Source of the DNA: an uncultured Gammaproteobacteria bacterium
GTDB taxonomy: Bacteria > Patescibacteriota > Patescibacteriia > UBA2196
Length of the DNA: 64,000 nucleotides
Direction of reading: 5' to 3'
Assembly (NCBI GenBank): GCA_964522515.1
Contig: CAZFWC010000001.1
Location: 14,536 to 78,535, forward strand
Shown here: piece after piece, positions 29,361-38,598 of the stretch
Layout of the letters: every line of letters begins with the position of its first letter
How positions within the stretch are numbered: position 1 is the stretch's first letter
Translations under genes and position numbers: made by a program
Notes under the pieces: model-generated
What the model was told of the DNA's origin: nothing
Databases searched by the model: none
The model's input: only the letters and a program-made list of their open reading frames with translations

Positions 29361-30167
29361 TTACTTTGTCAAAATTTCACTTCCTTTTTCAGTTACTAAA
29401 ATTGTGTGTTCAAAATGCGCAGCTAAGGAATTGTCTTCGGTTTTAAACGCGTTAGTTTTTTTATCAACAACAACATCTGGATTCCCAGCTGTAACCATTG
29501 GCTCAATTGCTAAAGTCATTCCTGATTTTAAAATCGGACCAGTTCCTTTTTTCCCAAAATTTGGAATTTGTGGAGGCTCGTGCAATTTTTTTCCAACCCC
29601 GTGCCCAACTAATTCATAAACCACGCTAAATTTATTTTTTTCAACAAATCTTTGAATTTCATAAGAAATATTACCTAAATAAATTCCTGGTTTTATTTTT
29701 TTAATTGCTAAATCCAAAGATTTTTTAGTTACACTCAGAAGTTTTTTTGTTGAATGAGAAATTTTTCCAATTGAAACTGTTTTTGCCATATCTGTAATCA
29801 TTCCATTCCCTCCTTCGCCAAGCCTGCCTGACGGCAAGGCAGGGCTACAGCGGGCAGGTTTTGCAGGATATCTTAATCCAATATCAATACTTAAAATATC
29901 TCCATCTTGTAAAATGCGATTTGGAATTGCTGGCGCGTGCACAACTTCATTATTAATACAAGTACAAATCGCTGTTGGAAATCCTTGATAACCTTTAAAT
30001 ATTGGCCAACCATTTATTTTTTTTATTTCTTTTTCCGCTAATTCATTTAGTTCTTTTGTGCCAACACCAATATCAGCTTTTTTAATAAGCAAATTTAAAA
30101 TTCGCGCTAAATGTTTTCCGCATTCTCGCATTATTTCAATTTCTTTTGGGGTTTTTATGATAATCAT
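29361..30167 (-). CDS. map: methionine aminopeptidase type I
   Basis: MetAP pita-bread fold motifs (HGVGKKLHEPPQIPNFG, metal ligands); carries about 57-bp in-frame GC-rich element insertion. Confidence 0.85.
   Translation of the reverse strand: MIIIKTPKEIEIMRECGKHLARILNLLIKKADIGVGTKELNELAEKEIKKINGWPIFKGYQGFPTAICTCINNEVVHAPAIPNRILQDGDILSIDIGLRYPAKPARCSPALPSGRLGEGGNGMITDMAKTVSIGKISHSTKKLLSVTKKSLDLAIKKIKPGIYLGNISYEIQRFVEKNKFSVVYELVGHGVGKKLHEPPQIPNFGKKGTGPILKSGMTLAIEPMVTAGNPDVVVDKKTNAFKTEDNSLAAHFEHTILVTEKGSEILTK
29808..29866. repeat. intragenic in-frame GC-rich element (map)
   Basis: CCTCCTTCGCCAAGCCTGCCTGACGGCAAGGCAGGGCTACAGCGGGCAGG. Confidence 0.8.
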
Positions 30168-30174
30168 TTTTTTC

Positions 30175-30245
30175 TTAATGTCATCCCGAGTTTTGATAGA
30201 ATTTTTTAGGATTGGGTCAAGGCGATGGGATCCCGTTTTTATACA
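30175..30245. repeat. gtcatcccgag family copy upstream of map
   Basis: TGTCATCCCGAGTTTTGATAGAATTTTTTAGGATTGGGTCAAGGCGATGGGATCCCG. Confidence 0.7.
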
Positions 30246-30402
30246 AATAATTCTAATTTAAACCAACACTGCGAATTTTTAATTATTTATTTTTATCTAA
30301 TATTAATTTAAAAAATAGTTTTCCACAGTTTCGGGCTTGACTTCTTCTTCTTTTGCTAGACTTAAAATTGATTAAAATAATTCACAATTAAATTTAATTT
30401 AA

Positions 30403-30648
30403 ATGGAGGAAGTTAAGATGAAAAAAGGATGTTTAATTATTTTGATTATATTTATAATCAATCTTACAATTGGTGGTTTTGCCACAGAATATATAGTTGA
30501 ATTTTGGGGATCTGTTGTTAAAGAACAACCAGTTGATGTTCCTTTTGCTCCGTGCGTTGTAGCAGGATTATTTTTAGGAGAAGCAACTATCCCGTTGGCA
30601 GCCTTAACTTGGATTTTATCGTTTGTTGTAGATCGCCCAACGAAATAG
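30403..30648 (+). CDS. small hypothetical membrane protein (likely start at second ATG, 30418)
   Basis: GGAGG 8 nt upstream of second ATG; two hydrophobic helices. Confidence 0.35.
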   Translation: MEEVKMKKGCLIILIIFIINLTIGGFATEYIVEFWGSVVKEQPVDVPFAPCVVAGLFLGEATIPLAALTWILSFVVDRPTK

Positions 30649-30719
30649 AAATAAATTTTACAACATCAAATACTCAAAGTCCTCAATTTTTTAGGGGACT
30701 TTTTTATTTTCAAAAAATA

Positions 30720-30840
30720 ATCAAGCACGCGAATTTCCAGAAGCGAAAAAGTAAATGATTTTACTTTTGAGACAGAATAAACCAGAATTTAAATTCGCGT
30801 CAATTTTAGGTAATTCTGGAAATTCGCGTTCTATTTTATT
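30720..30840. repeat. AT-rich palindromic intergenic repeat family, copy 3 (longest)
   Basis: AGCACGCGAATTTCCAGAAGCG...AAACCAGAATTTAAATTCGCGTCAATTTTAGGTAATTCTGGAAATTCGCGTTCTAT. Confidence 0.7.
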
Positions 30841-30851
30841 TACTTAATTTT

Positions 30852-31580
30852 TCAATTTTTTAATCCCAAGCTAGAAAATATATCTCTCTTAACCTTCTCA
30901 ATACTTTGCTCACCATTTATTTCAATTAACAAATTTTTATCACGATAATATTCAACAACTTCTTCTGTTTCAGTGTGATAAATTTTTAATCGTTTGCGAA
31001 TTGAATCTTCTGTGTCATCTTCACGAATTTCTAATTTTCCACCGCATTTATCACAAATATTTTCTGTTTTAGGAGGATTAAATTTAATGTGATAAATCTC
31101 ACCACATTTAGTGCAAGTTCTGCGACCAGACAAACGATAAATTGCTTCATCATCTGAAATATTAACTAAAATTACAGAAGAAATATTTGTGACTGTTTCA
31201 ATAAATTTAGCTTGAATAATTATTCTAGGAAAACCATCAAAAATAAAACCATTTTTGCAGTCGTCTTTTTTTATTCTGTTTTTTGCTAATTTGTGCGCGA
31301 TTGAATTTGGAACAAGCTGTCCTTTGTTCATAAATTCTTTTGCTTGTTTTCCAATCTCTGTTTTGTTTTCAATTTCATTTCGTAAAAGTTGACCAATTGA
31401 AATATTTGGAACAATTAATTTTTTAGATAAAAATTCAGCTTGTGTTCCTTTGCCAGATCCTTGTGGTCCAAGAATAATTATTTTATGGATTTTGTTTTTC
31501 ATATAATTTATTTTAACATTTGCGTATTTAATTTGCAATAAAAAAACAGGCAAAATCAAAATGCCTTTTTTTATTCGCAT
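30852..31580 (-). CDS. adk: adenylate kinase (Zn-lid type); probable true start near 31502 (MKNKIHKIIILGPQGSGKGT)
   Basis: P-loop GPQGSGKGT, LID with CTKCG...CDKCG zinc motif; 26-codon N-terminal extension looks spurious. Confidence 0.9.
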   Translation of the reverse strand: MRIKKGILILPVFLLQIKYANVKINYMKNKIHKIIILGPQGSGKGTQAEFLSKKLIVPNISIGQLLRNEIENKTEIGKQAKEFMNKGQLVPNSIAHKLAKNRIKKDDCKNGFIFDGFPRIIIQAKFIETVTNISSVILVNISDDEAIYRLSGRRTCTKCGEIYHIKFNPPKTENICDKCGGKLEIREDDTEDSIRKRLKIYHTETEEVVEYYRDKNLLIEINGEQSIEKVKRDIFSSLGLKN

Positions 31581-31594
31581 TATTAGTTTAAATT

Positions 31595-31670
31595 AGCACT
31601 ATTCGCATTTTACAGACCCTTCCGCCCCGACCCAATCCTAAAAACTCTGTCGGAATTCAGGATGACAAAA
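31595..31670. repeat. gtcatcccgag family copy (reverse orientation) upstream of adk
   Basis: CCTTCCGCCCCGACCCAATCCTAAAAA...TTCAGGATGACAA. Confidence 0.65.
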
Positions 31671-31680
31671 TAAATAAAAA

Positions 31681-32967
31681 TCAAAGTCCCTCATAATCTC
31701 TCATCACTAGTTGCGAATCAATTTGTCTAACAGTTTCTAAAACAACAGAAACAACAATCAAAAGTGAAGCTCCAGAAATCGCGATACTTTTGATATCTGT
31801 GATTGGTCCAATTAATAATGGTAAAACCGCAATCAAACCAAGCGACAAAGCGCCAGCTAACATTATTCTAATTGAAACCTTGCTTAAATAATCTGTTGTT
31901 TGTCTGCCTGGTCGAATTCCAGGAATAAATCCGCCTTGCTTTTGTAAATTTTCTGAAATTTGATTTGGATGAAAAATAACAGAAGTATAAAAATAAGTAA
32001 ATCCAAAAACCAAAAAGAAATATAAAATTCCGTAAGCCCAACCACCTGGTTGTAAAATATGAGTTACAAATTGCGAAGCGTTGCGGATAAATTCTGATTT
32101 AGCGTTTACAAAAAATTGCGCAATTAAAGTTGGGAACATCACAATTGCAATCGCAAAAATAATTGGAATCATTCCTGCTTGATTAACTTTTAAAGGCAAA
32201 TGTGTATCAAAACCGCCGTACATTCTGTTTCCTCTAACTCTTTTTGCGTAAGAAATTGGAATATTTCTTTGTCCTTCAGTAATTATTACAACACCAGCAA
32301 CTGTTAAAACAGCGATTATTAAAAACGCAATGTAGCCTGGAGCTTTGCTCGGGTTTGTTGAAATATCAGTTAACATTCGCGGAACCGCAGTTGGAATTCC
32401 AGAAACAATTCCCGCAAAAATGATTAAAGAAATACCGTTGCCAATTTTCTTTTCAGAAATTAATTCACCAAGCCACATTAAAAATACTGTGCCAGCTGTT
32501 AAAATAATTATTGTTGATAAATATTGACCAGTGCCTAAATCTCCAATAATTCCGCCAGAGCTTTGCAGAATTTTTATCATACTGTAACCTTGAAGAATTG
32601 CTAAAGGAATTGTTAACATTCTTGTGTACTGATTAATTTTTTTCTGTCCGCTTTCACCTGATTTTGATAATTCTTCAAGAGCTGGAACAATCATTGTTAA
32701 AAGTTGAAAAATAATTGAAGCAGTAATATAAGGACCAATTCCTAAAGCAACAATTGAAAAATTACTCATTCCTCCACCTGAGAAAACATTTAATAAACCT
32801 AATAATTCATTTCTGTTAAATAAATCTTTTAATGCTTCCAAATCAACTCCTGGCATTGGGATTTGCGCTGCGATTCTAAAAACAATAAGTAATCCTAAAA
32901 CAAACAGAATTGATCTGCGCAAATCGTGGTCTTTCCAAATTTGATGAATTTTAGAAATGAATTTCAT
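31681..32967 (-). CDS. secY: preprotein translocase subunit SecY
   Basis: 10-TM SecY architecture, conserved blocks; position between rplO and adk. Confidence 0.95.
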   Translation of the reverse strand: MKFISKIHQIWKDHDLRRSILFVLGLLIVFRIAAQIPMPGVDLEALKDLFNRNELLGLLNVFSGGGMSNFSIVALGIGPYITASIIFQLLTMIVPALEELSKSGESGQKKINQYTRMLTIPLAILQGYSMIKILQSSGGIIGDLGTGQYLSTIIILTAGTVFLMWLGELISEKKIGNGISLIIFAGIVSGIPTAVPRMLTDISTNPSKAPGYIAFLIIAVLTVAGVVIITEGQRNIPISYAKRVRGNRMYGGFDTHLPLKVNQAGMIPIIFAIAIVMFPTLIAQFFVNAKSEFIRNASQFVTHILQPGGWAYGILYFFLVFGFTYFYTSVIFHPNQISENLQKQGGFIPGIRPGRQTTDYLSKVSIRIMLAGALSLGLIAVLPLLIGPITDIKSIAISGASLLIVVSVVLETVRQIDSQLVMRDYEGL

Positions 32968-32970
32968 ATT

Positions 32971-33402
32971 TTACTTTATTTTTCCGCCAGCTTTTTCTAT
33001 TTTTTCTTTTGCTGATTTTGAAAATTCACAATTTTCTATTTCTAATTTTATACTAATTTTTCCGTTACCCAAAATTTTAACTCCATTATTTATTTTATCA
33101 ACTAATTTATTTTTTTTCAAAATTTCCGGGGTGATTTTGTCACCATCTTTAAATTTTTCATTTAAGATATCTAAATTTAAAATCTCTGGTTTTTTATTTC
33201 TTGATTTAAAACCTTTTAATTTGTGTGTGCTTTCAATTAATTGTCGCGCTCCTAATCTTTTCAAACCTGAAACACCAGAACGAGCTTTTTGTCCTTTTTG
33301 TCCTTTTCCAGAATAAGTTCCGCGTTTTCCACCGCGACCAATTGTTTTGCGCGATTTTGTGCTACCTTTGGCTGGTTTAATTGTGTGTAAAGATAAAGTC
33401 AT
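32971..33402 (-). CDS. rplO: 50S ribosomal protein L15
   Basis: Gly/Lys/Arg-rich N-terminus, conserved L15 blocks; operon position. Confidence 0.9.
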   Translation of the reverse strand: MTLSLHTIKPAKGSTKSRKTIGRGGKRGTYSGKGQKGQKARSGVSGLKRLGARQLIESTHKLKGFKSRNKKPEILNLDILNEKFKDGDKITPEILKKNKLVDKINNGVKILGNGKISIKLEIENCEFSKSAKEKIEKAGGKIK

Positions 33403-33471
33403 AAAATTTTGTAATCTGTAATCCGTAATTTGTAACTTGTAAATTTATTTTAAATAATTACAAATTACAAG
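33403..33471. repeat. inverted arrays of TGTAAYN heptamers in the rpsE-rplO spacer (where L30 would lie)
   Basis: TGTAATC TGTAATC CGTAATT TGTAACT TGTAAAT ... AATTACA AATTACA AGTTAC. Confidence 0.7.
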
Positions 33472-33951
33472 TTACTTTTTTTCTTTTGGTTTTTTCAAAT
33501 TTTTTAACGCTTGATAAGTGCAAGCAACATTATTAATTTTATTTTTACTTCCCATCATTTTGCCAACAACATTTTCAATTCCAGCTAAATCCAAAACAAC
33601 ACGAATTGCTCCGCCAGCTTTTAACCCTGTTCCTTTTGGCGCTGGTTTTAACATTACGCAAGCTGCGTTAAATTTTTCTCTAATTTCGTGAGTGATTGTT
33701 CCATTAACAATTTGAATTTCAAACATTATTTTTTTAGCTTGTTCAACTGCTTTTGAAACTGCAATTGTAACATCTTTTCCTTTTGCAATTCCGTAGCCAA
33801 TTTTGCCTTTTTTATTTCCAAGCACAACTAAAGCGCGGAAGTTTAATCTTTTTCCTCCACGGGTAACACGAGTTACACGCGCTAAATCAACCAACTTTTG
33901 TTCAAATTCTGGTTTTTCTCGTTTAAATTCTTTTTTATTATTTTTTCTCAT
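33472..33951 (-). CDS. rpsE: 30S ribosomal protein S5
   Basis: S5 dsRBD-like and C-terminal domains (RVTRVTRGGKR...); no L30 gene between rpsE and rplO. Confidence 0.9.
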   Translation of the reverse strand: MRKNNKKEFKREKPEFEQKLVDLARVTRVTRGGKRLNFRALVVLGNKKGKIGYGIAKGKDVTIAVSKAVEQAKKIMFEIQIVNGTITHEIREKFNAACVMLKPAPKGTGLKAGGAIRVVLDLAGIENVVGKMMGSKNKINNVACTYQALKNLKKPKEKK

Positions 33952-33960
33952 AATTTATTT

Positions 33961-34096
33961 CTCCGCCTTCGCTTCTAAAAAATCCTACTGGACTACGGCG
34001 GATAAACTCTTGTGTTTAAAATTTAAAAAACATAGGAGCCTGTCCGCCGTAGCTAGAGTTTTTTTAGGATTGAAGGCGGAGGAGGATTAGGCGCAA
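33961..34096. repeat. GC-rich composite element between rplR and rpsE
   Basis: shared modules; right end at rplR stop, left end 9 nt from rpsE start. Confidence 0.85.
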
Positions 34097-34528
34097 TTAA
34101 AATTTAAAACCTGCTTTACGAGCACCTTCTGCTACTGCTTTAACTCGTCCGTGATATTTATATTTTGATTTATCAAAAACACAAGTTTTTATTTTTTTTG
34201 CAATTGCTTTTTTTGCTAAAAGTTTTCCAACTTCAAAAGATATTAATATTTTATTAGTTAGTTTATTATTATTTTTTTTATTTTCAACTCCTTCCTTTCC
34301 CTGCCCGTCAGGCAGACGGGTTAATTTCTCAATTTCTTTTTTATTTATTTCTTTATCACTTGCGCTAACTAATGTTTTGCCTTTTTCATCATCAATTAAT
34401 TGCGCTGAAATATTTTTTAAACTTCTAAATACGCTTAATCTTGGTTTTGTTGCTGTACCAAAAATTTGAGCTCTTACACGGGCTTTTCTTCTTTGCTGTT
34501 TTTTATTTTTTATTTTTTGTGGATTCAT
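34097..34528 (-). CDS. rplR: 50S ribosomal protein L18 (with in-frame palindrome insertion)
   Basis: L18 conserved N- and C-terminal blocks; operon position. Confidence 0.85.
   Translation of the reverse strand: MNPQKIKNKKQQRRKARVRAQIFGTATKPRLSVFRSLKNISAQLIDDEKGKTLVSASDKEINKKEIEKLTRLPDGQGKEGVENKKNNNKLTNKILISFEVGKLLAKKAIAKKIKTCVFDKSKYKYHGRVKAVAEGARKAGFKF
34299..34322. repeat. intragenic GC palindrome module (rplR)
   Basis: CCTGCCCGTCAGGCAGACGGG. Confidence 0.6.
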
Positions 34529-34531
34529 ATT

Positions 34532-35086
34532 TTAAGTTGTAGCTCCTTTCGCTTGCTTCCCTGCTTTTCTGCGAATTACTTCATCAACATATTTAATTCC
34601 TTTTCCTTTGTAAGGTTCTGGTTTTTTAATTTTTCTAATTTGCGCTGAAGTCTCCCCAACTAAATATTTATCAAAACCTTTAACAATAATTATATTTTTT
34701 TCAACAGAAATGTCAATATTTTCTGGAATTTTAAAATTAACTTGATGCGAAAAACCCACATTTAAAATTAATTCTTGTCCTTTAACCACAGCTTTGTAAC
34801 CAACTCCGTTAATTTCTAATTTTTTTTCAAATCCTTCTGTCACACCAATAATCATATTATTAATTAATTGTCTAAAAGTTCCCCAAACAGATTTTTCTTT
34901 TTTTACTTCTTTATTTTTTACATCAACTGTTAATTCTTTTTTATCATCTGAAAAAATTAGTTTAATTTCTGGAATTAATTTTTGTTTTAATTCTCCTTTT
35001 GGTCCTTTGACAACCACAAAATCAGCATCAATTTTTACATCAATTTTTTCTGGAATTAAAATTGGTTTTTTCCCGATTCTAGACAT
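34532..35086 (-). CDS. rplF: 50S ribosomal protein L6
   Basis: two L6 alpha/beta repeats; SRIGKKPI N-terminus. Confidence 0.9.
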   Translation of the reverse strand: MSRIGKKPILIPEKIDVKIDADFVVVKGPKGELKQKLIPEIKLIFSDDKKELTVDVKNKEVKKEKSVWGTFRQLINNMIIGVTEGFEKKLEINGVGYKAVVKGQELILNVGFSHQVNFKIPENIDISVEKNIIIVKGFDKYLVGETSAQIRKIKKPEPYKGKGIKYVDEVIRRKAGKQAKGATT

Positions 35087-35096
35087 AAATTTATAA

Positions 35097-35282
35097 TTTA
35101 TCCGCCTTCGCCCCTAAAAAATCCTATTGGACTACGGCGGATACCTGTCTGCCGACAGGCAGGAACTCTTGTGTTTAAAATTTAAAAAACACAGGAGCTT
35201 GCCTCCTCCTTCGCTAAAGCTACGGCGGGACAGGCGCCGTAGCAATTAAAGAGTTGCTAGGGAGCGAAGGAGGGGAAGCGAT
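35097..35282. repeat. GC-rich composite element between rpsH and rplF
   Basis: full module set incl. CCTGTCTGCCGACAGGCAGG palindrome. Confidence 0.85.
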
Positions 35283-35720
35283 TTAATAAATTTCACAAAC
35301 TACTTCCCCACCTAAATTTTCTTTCTTAGCTTTCACATTTGTCATTAATCCTTTTGATGTTGAAATAATTGCAATACCGTAATTATTTAAAACTACTGGC
35401 AAATTATCTTTTGAAACATAAATTCTGCGACCTGGTTTTGAAATTCTTTTTATTTTGCTAATTTTAGGATTATTTCCATTGTAAAATAATTTAATTTTTA
35501 ATTGATTAAATTTAGCATTTTTTTCTTGCGCGCTTTTTGCAACAATTTTTTTAGAAATTTGTGGTTCTATTTTTTCAACGTCTTTAATCCATTTTTCTGT
35601 TTCTAAAATTTTAGCAATATTAAATTTTAATTTTGAATACGGCAAAATCACCTCAAGTTTTTTAACTGCTTGAGCGTTTCTAATTCTTGTTAACATATCT
35701 GCGATTGGATCTGTGTACAT
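35283..35720 (-). CDS. rpsH: 30S ribosomal protein S8
   Basis: DPIADMLTRIRNA N-terminus, GGE..CEIY C-terminus. Confidence 0.9.
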   Translation of the reverse strand: MYTDPIADMLTRIRNAQAVKKLEVILPYSKLKFNIAKILETEKWIKDVEKIEPQISKKIVAKSAQEKNAKFNQLKIKLFYNGNNPKISKIKRISKPGRRIYVSKDNLPVVLNNYGIAIISTSKGLMTNVKAKKENLGGEVVCEIY

Positions 35721-35734
35721 AATTTTGTAATTTC

Positions 35735-35900
35735 TCCGCCTTCGCCCTTAAAAAATCCTTTAACACTACGGCGGATAAATTTTTAGTGTTTTTTTATAAA
35801 AAAGAATTAAGAGCCTGCCCGCGCCGGCTTGTCCGCCGTAGCCTTTGGCAAGGAGGAAGCTAGAGTTTTTTTAGAGTTGAAGCGAAGGAGGGTTAGGCGA
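35735..35900. repeat. GC-rich composite element between rpsN and rpsH
   Basis: shared modules. Confidence 0.85.
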
Positions 35901-36086
35901 CTACCAACTTGATTTTTTAATTCCTGGAATTTCGCCTTTGTTTGCTAATTCTCTAAAGCAAATTCTACACAAACCAAAATCTCGCATAAAACCTCTGTTT
36001 CTACCACAACGCCAACAACGATTCACTTTTTGCGTTGTGAATTTTGGTTTTCTTTTTGATTTTGCGATTTGCGCTTTAGTTGCCAT
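35901..36086 (-). CDS. rpsN: 30S ribosomal protein S14 type Z (zinc-binding)
   Basis: 61 aa, CWRCGR...CRIC zinc ribbon. Confidence 0.9.
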   Translation of the reverse strand: MATKAQIAKSKRKPKFTTQKVNRCWRCGRNRGFMRDFGLCRICFRELANKGEIPGIKKSSW

Positions 36087-36096
36087 AAAAGTTTTT

Positions 36097-36221
36097 CTCC
36101 GCCTTCGTTCCCTAAAAATCCTACTGGACTACGGCGGATAAACTCTTGTGTTAAAAAAACACAGAAGCTTGCCCGCCGTAGCTGGGACTTTTAGGATTGA
36201 AGCGAAGGAGGGGAAGCTAAA
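36097..36221. repeat. GC-rich composite element between rplE and rpsN
   Basis: shared modules. Confidence 0.85.
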
Positions 36222-36764
36222 TTATTTCTGAAATGGAAACCCAAATAATTTTAATAATTCAAAACCTTGTTCTTTGTTTTTTGCTGTTGTTGTAATTGCT
36301 ACTTCTAAGCCGTGAATTGTTTCAACTTTTGACATTTCAATTTCTGCAAAAGCAGTGTGGTCTTTAAATCCTATATTTAAATTACCTTGTTTGTCAATAT
36401 TTTTTTGATTAATCCCTCTAAAATCTCTAACCCTTGGCAAAGTAACATTAATTAATTTATCAAAAAAATCATACATTCTATTTCCGCGCAATGTGACTTT
36501 TGCTCCAACAATATTTCCTTGTCTTGTTTTAAAAGCTGAAATTGCTTTTTTAGCTTTTGTAAAAATTGGTTTTTGTCCAGTAATTTTAGTTAAAGTTTTT
36601 TCAATTAATTCTAAATATTTATTTTCTCTTTTTGATGTTGAAATTCCTACATTTAAAGTTATTTTTTCTAATTTTGGAACAGCTAAATTATTTTTAAAAC
36701 CAAACTTTTCCTTAAGCGCAGGAATAATCTCGACAGTAAATTTATTTTTTAGACGATTTGACAT
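36222..36764 (-). CDS. rplE: 50S ribosomal protein L5
   Basis: L5 conserved blocks; operon position. Confidence 0.9.
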   Translation of the reverse strand: MSNRLKNKFTVEIIPALKEKFGFKNNLAVPKLEKITLNVGISTSKRENKYLELIEKTLTKITGQKPIFTKAKKAISAFKTRQGNIVGAKVTLRGNRMYDFFDKLINVTLPRVRDFRGINQKNIDKQGNLNIGFKDHTAFAEIEMSKVETIHGLEVAITTTAKNKEQGFELLKLFGFPFQK

Positions 36765-36831
36765 ACAATATTATTGTTTATTATTTTTTATAATTTTACC
36801 CGAATTTTTATGAATTGTTTTATTCGGGTGG

Positions 36832-37188
36832 CTAGAAACTAGCTTTACATTTTTTACAAATTCTATTCTTTTTTTCACGAGAAATATCTGATTTTCCTTC
36901 TTGCAATTTAAATCCTACTCTAGTTGGTTTTCCGCATTTTGGACAAATTAATTGCACATTTGAAATATTCATTGGAGCTGGAAACATAATTCTTTGTCCT
37001 TTTTCACCTGATTTTTTTGGTCGCAAATGTTTGTATCTTAAATTTAAACCTTCAACAACAACTTTAAGATCTTTTCCTGAGTGAGTTTTAACTGATTTGG
37101 AAGGATGCAACACAGTTAAAACTTTCCCAGTTTTACCTTGGTCTTTACCTGTTAATATTTTTATTGTGTCATTTTTTTTAATTTTCAT
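36832..37188 (-). CDS. rplX: 50S ribosomal protein L24 with C-terminal Cys4 zinc-ribbon extension
   Basis: KOW motif KIKKNDTIKILTGKDQGKTGKVL; C-terminal CPKCG...CKKCK. Confidence 0.85.
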   Translation of the reverse strand: MKIKKNDTIKILTGKDQGKTGKVLTVLHPSKSVKTHSGKDLKVVVEGLNLRYKHLRPKKSGEKGQRIMFPAPMNISNVQLICPKCGKPTRVGFKLQEGKSDISREKKNRICKKCKASF

Positions 37189-37192
37189 ATTT

Positions 37193-37564
37193 TTAAAGTA
37201 CCTCTGGCGCTAACGAAATAATTTTATTAAATCCTTTTGCGCGGAGTTCTCTTGCAACTGGACCAAAAATTCTTGTTGCTTTTGGTTCTTTTGTTTTTGG
37301 GTCAACAACTACGCCTGCGTTTTCATCAAAACGAATATAAATTCCAGATTTTCTGCGAGTTTCTTTTTTTGTTCTAACAAGCACTGCTTTAACAACATCA
37401 CCTTTTTTAATTTGTCCGTGTGGAACAACTTCTTTAACAGCGCAAGTTACAATGTCTCCAATTCTAGCAAATCTTTTTTTGTAACCGCCAGTAACTCTAA
37501 TAACCTGGAGTTTTTTAGCTCCGGAATTATCTGCTAGTTTCATTGTTGACATTAGTTGTAACAT
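37193..37564 (-). CDS. rplN: 50S ribosomal protein L14
   Basis: highly conserved L14 sequence (DNSGAK...[10 protein letters not shown]). Confidence 0.95.
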   Translation of the reverse strand: MLQLMSTMKLADNSGAKKLQVIRVTGGYKKRFARIGDIVTCAVKEVVPHGQIKKGDVVKAVLVRTKKETRRKSGIYIRFDENAGVVVDPKTKEPKATRIFGPVARELRAKGFNKIISLAPEVL

Positions 37565-37569
37565 AAAAA

Positions 37570-37815
37570 TTAATTTTTAATTTTCCACCTTTTGCCTTTT
37601 GACAACGGTTTACATTCAACAAAATTTACTTTATCATTAATTTTACATTTATTATTTTTATCGTGAACTTTATAATTTTTTGAAACAGTATATCTTTTTT
37701 TATATTTTGGATGAATTTTTGTGCGGTCAACTTTAACAACAATGGTTTTATCCATTTTATCCGAAATAACGATTCCTGTGAAGGCGCGTTTTATTGTTTT
37801 TTTATTTTCTTTCAT
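37570..37815 (-). CDS. rpsQ: 30S ribosomal protein S17
   Basis: OB-fold S17 blocks ([14 protein letters not shown]...). Confidence 0.85.
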   Translation of the reverse strand: MKENKKTIKRAFTGIVISDKMDKTIVVKVDRTKIHPKYKKRYTVSKNYKVHDKNNKCKINDKVNFVECKPLSKGKRWKIKN

Positions 37816-37833
37816 AAAATTTTATAAATAAAA

Positions 37834-38037
37834 TTATTTAGTTTTTTCTTTTAAAATAGTTTGTATTTGCGCGATTAATTTTTTAGTTGTGCCAACATCA
37901 CTAACTTTTTTTAATTGTCTTTGCGCAACTTTAAATCTCATCTCGCGTAATTTTTCTTGAGACTCAGTTAGTAATGTTTTTAATTCATTTTCTGATTTTA
38001 ATTTTAGTTCTTTAATTTTCATAAAATTATTTTCCAA
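37834..38037 (-). CDS. rpmC: 50S ribosomal protein L29
   Basis: 67-aa helical protein at canonical position between rplP and rpsQ. Confidence 0.75.
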   Translation of the reverse strand: MENNFMKIKELKLKSENELKTLLTESQEKLREMRFKVAQRQLKKVSDVGTTKKLIAQIQTILKEKTK

Positions 38038-38437
38038 CCACCTTACATTTTACAGGTAACTTGTGAGCAGCTGATGTTAAAGCTTCACGAGCTTTGTGTT
38101 CTGGAATTCCATCAATTTCAAACATTATTGCTCCTGGTTTTACAACTGTGACAAAATGATCTGGAGCGCCTTTTCCTTTTCCCATTTTCATTTCATTTCC
38201 GTGAAAAGTCACAGGTTTGTCTGGAAAAAGTCTAATCCAAATTTTTCCGCCTTTTCTTGTGTGCCTAACAATCACGCGTCGAGTTGCTTCAATTTGTCTT
38301 GAAGTTACCCAAGAAGCTGTTAATGCTTTTAAACCAAAACTGCCAAAATCAACTTTTGTTAAACGCGACGCCTGACTGCCAGAAGTACCAGCTTGTAAGT
38401 GCCATTTTCTGTGTTTTGTTTTTTTTGGTGCTAACAT
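38027..38437 (-). CDS. rplP: 50S ribosomal protein L16
   Basis: L16 conserved blocks (RGGKIWIRLFPDKP..., FEI.G). Confidence 0.9.
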   Translation of the reverse strand: MLAPKKTKHRKWHLQAGTSGSQASRLTKVDFGSFGLKALTASWVTSRQIEATRRVIVRHTRKGGKIWIRLFPDKPVTFHGNEMKMGKGKGAPDHFVTVVKPGAIMFEIDGIPEHKAREALTSAAHKLPVKCKVVGK

Positions 38438-38452
38438 AATTTTTTATAGTTT

Positions 38453-38598
38453 ATCCGCCTTCGCCCCTAATCCCGAGTACTCGGGACTACTGGACTACGG
38501 CGGATACCTGTCTGCCGACAGGCAGGAACTCTTGTGTTAAAAAAGCACAGGAGCTTGCCCGCCGTAGCTAGGACTTTTAGGGTTGAAGCGAAGGAGGG
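38453..38598. repeat. GC-rich composite element between rpsC and rplP
   Basis: shared modules incl. CCCGAGTACTCGGG sub-hairpin. Confidence 0.85.

Noticed and set aside
30852-31580. 26-codon N-terminal extension of adk (MRIKKGILILPVFLLQIKYANVKINY) and similar extensions on ftsE (60927..60995), GT2 (16187..16267), MTase (47979..48020)
   Set aside because: The extensions are hydrophobic or low-complexity, run into repeat or hairpin sequence, and precede a Met that aligns with the canonical N-terminus of the family. Treated as ORF-caller overextension.
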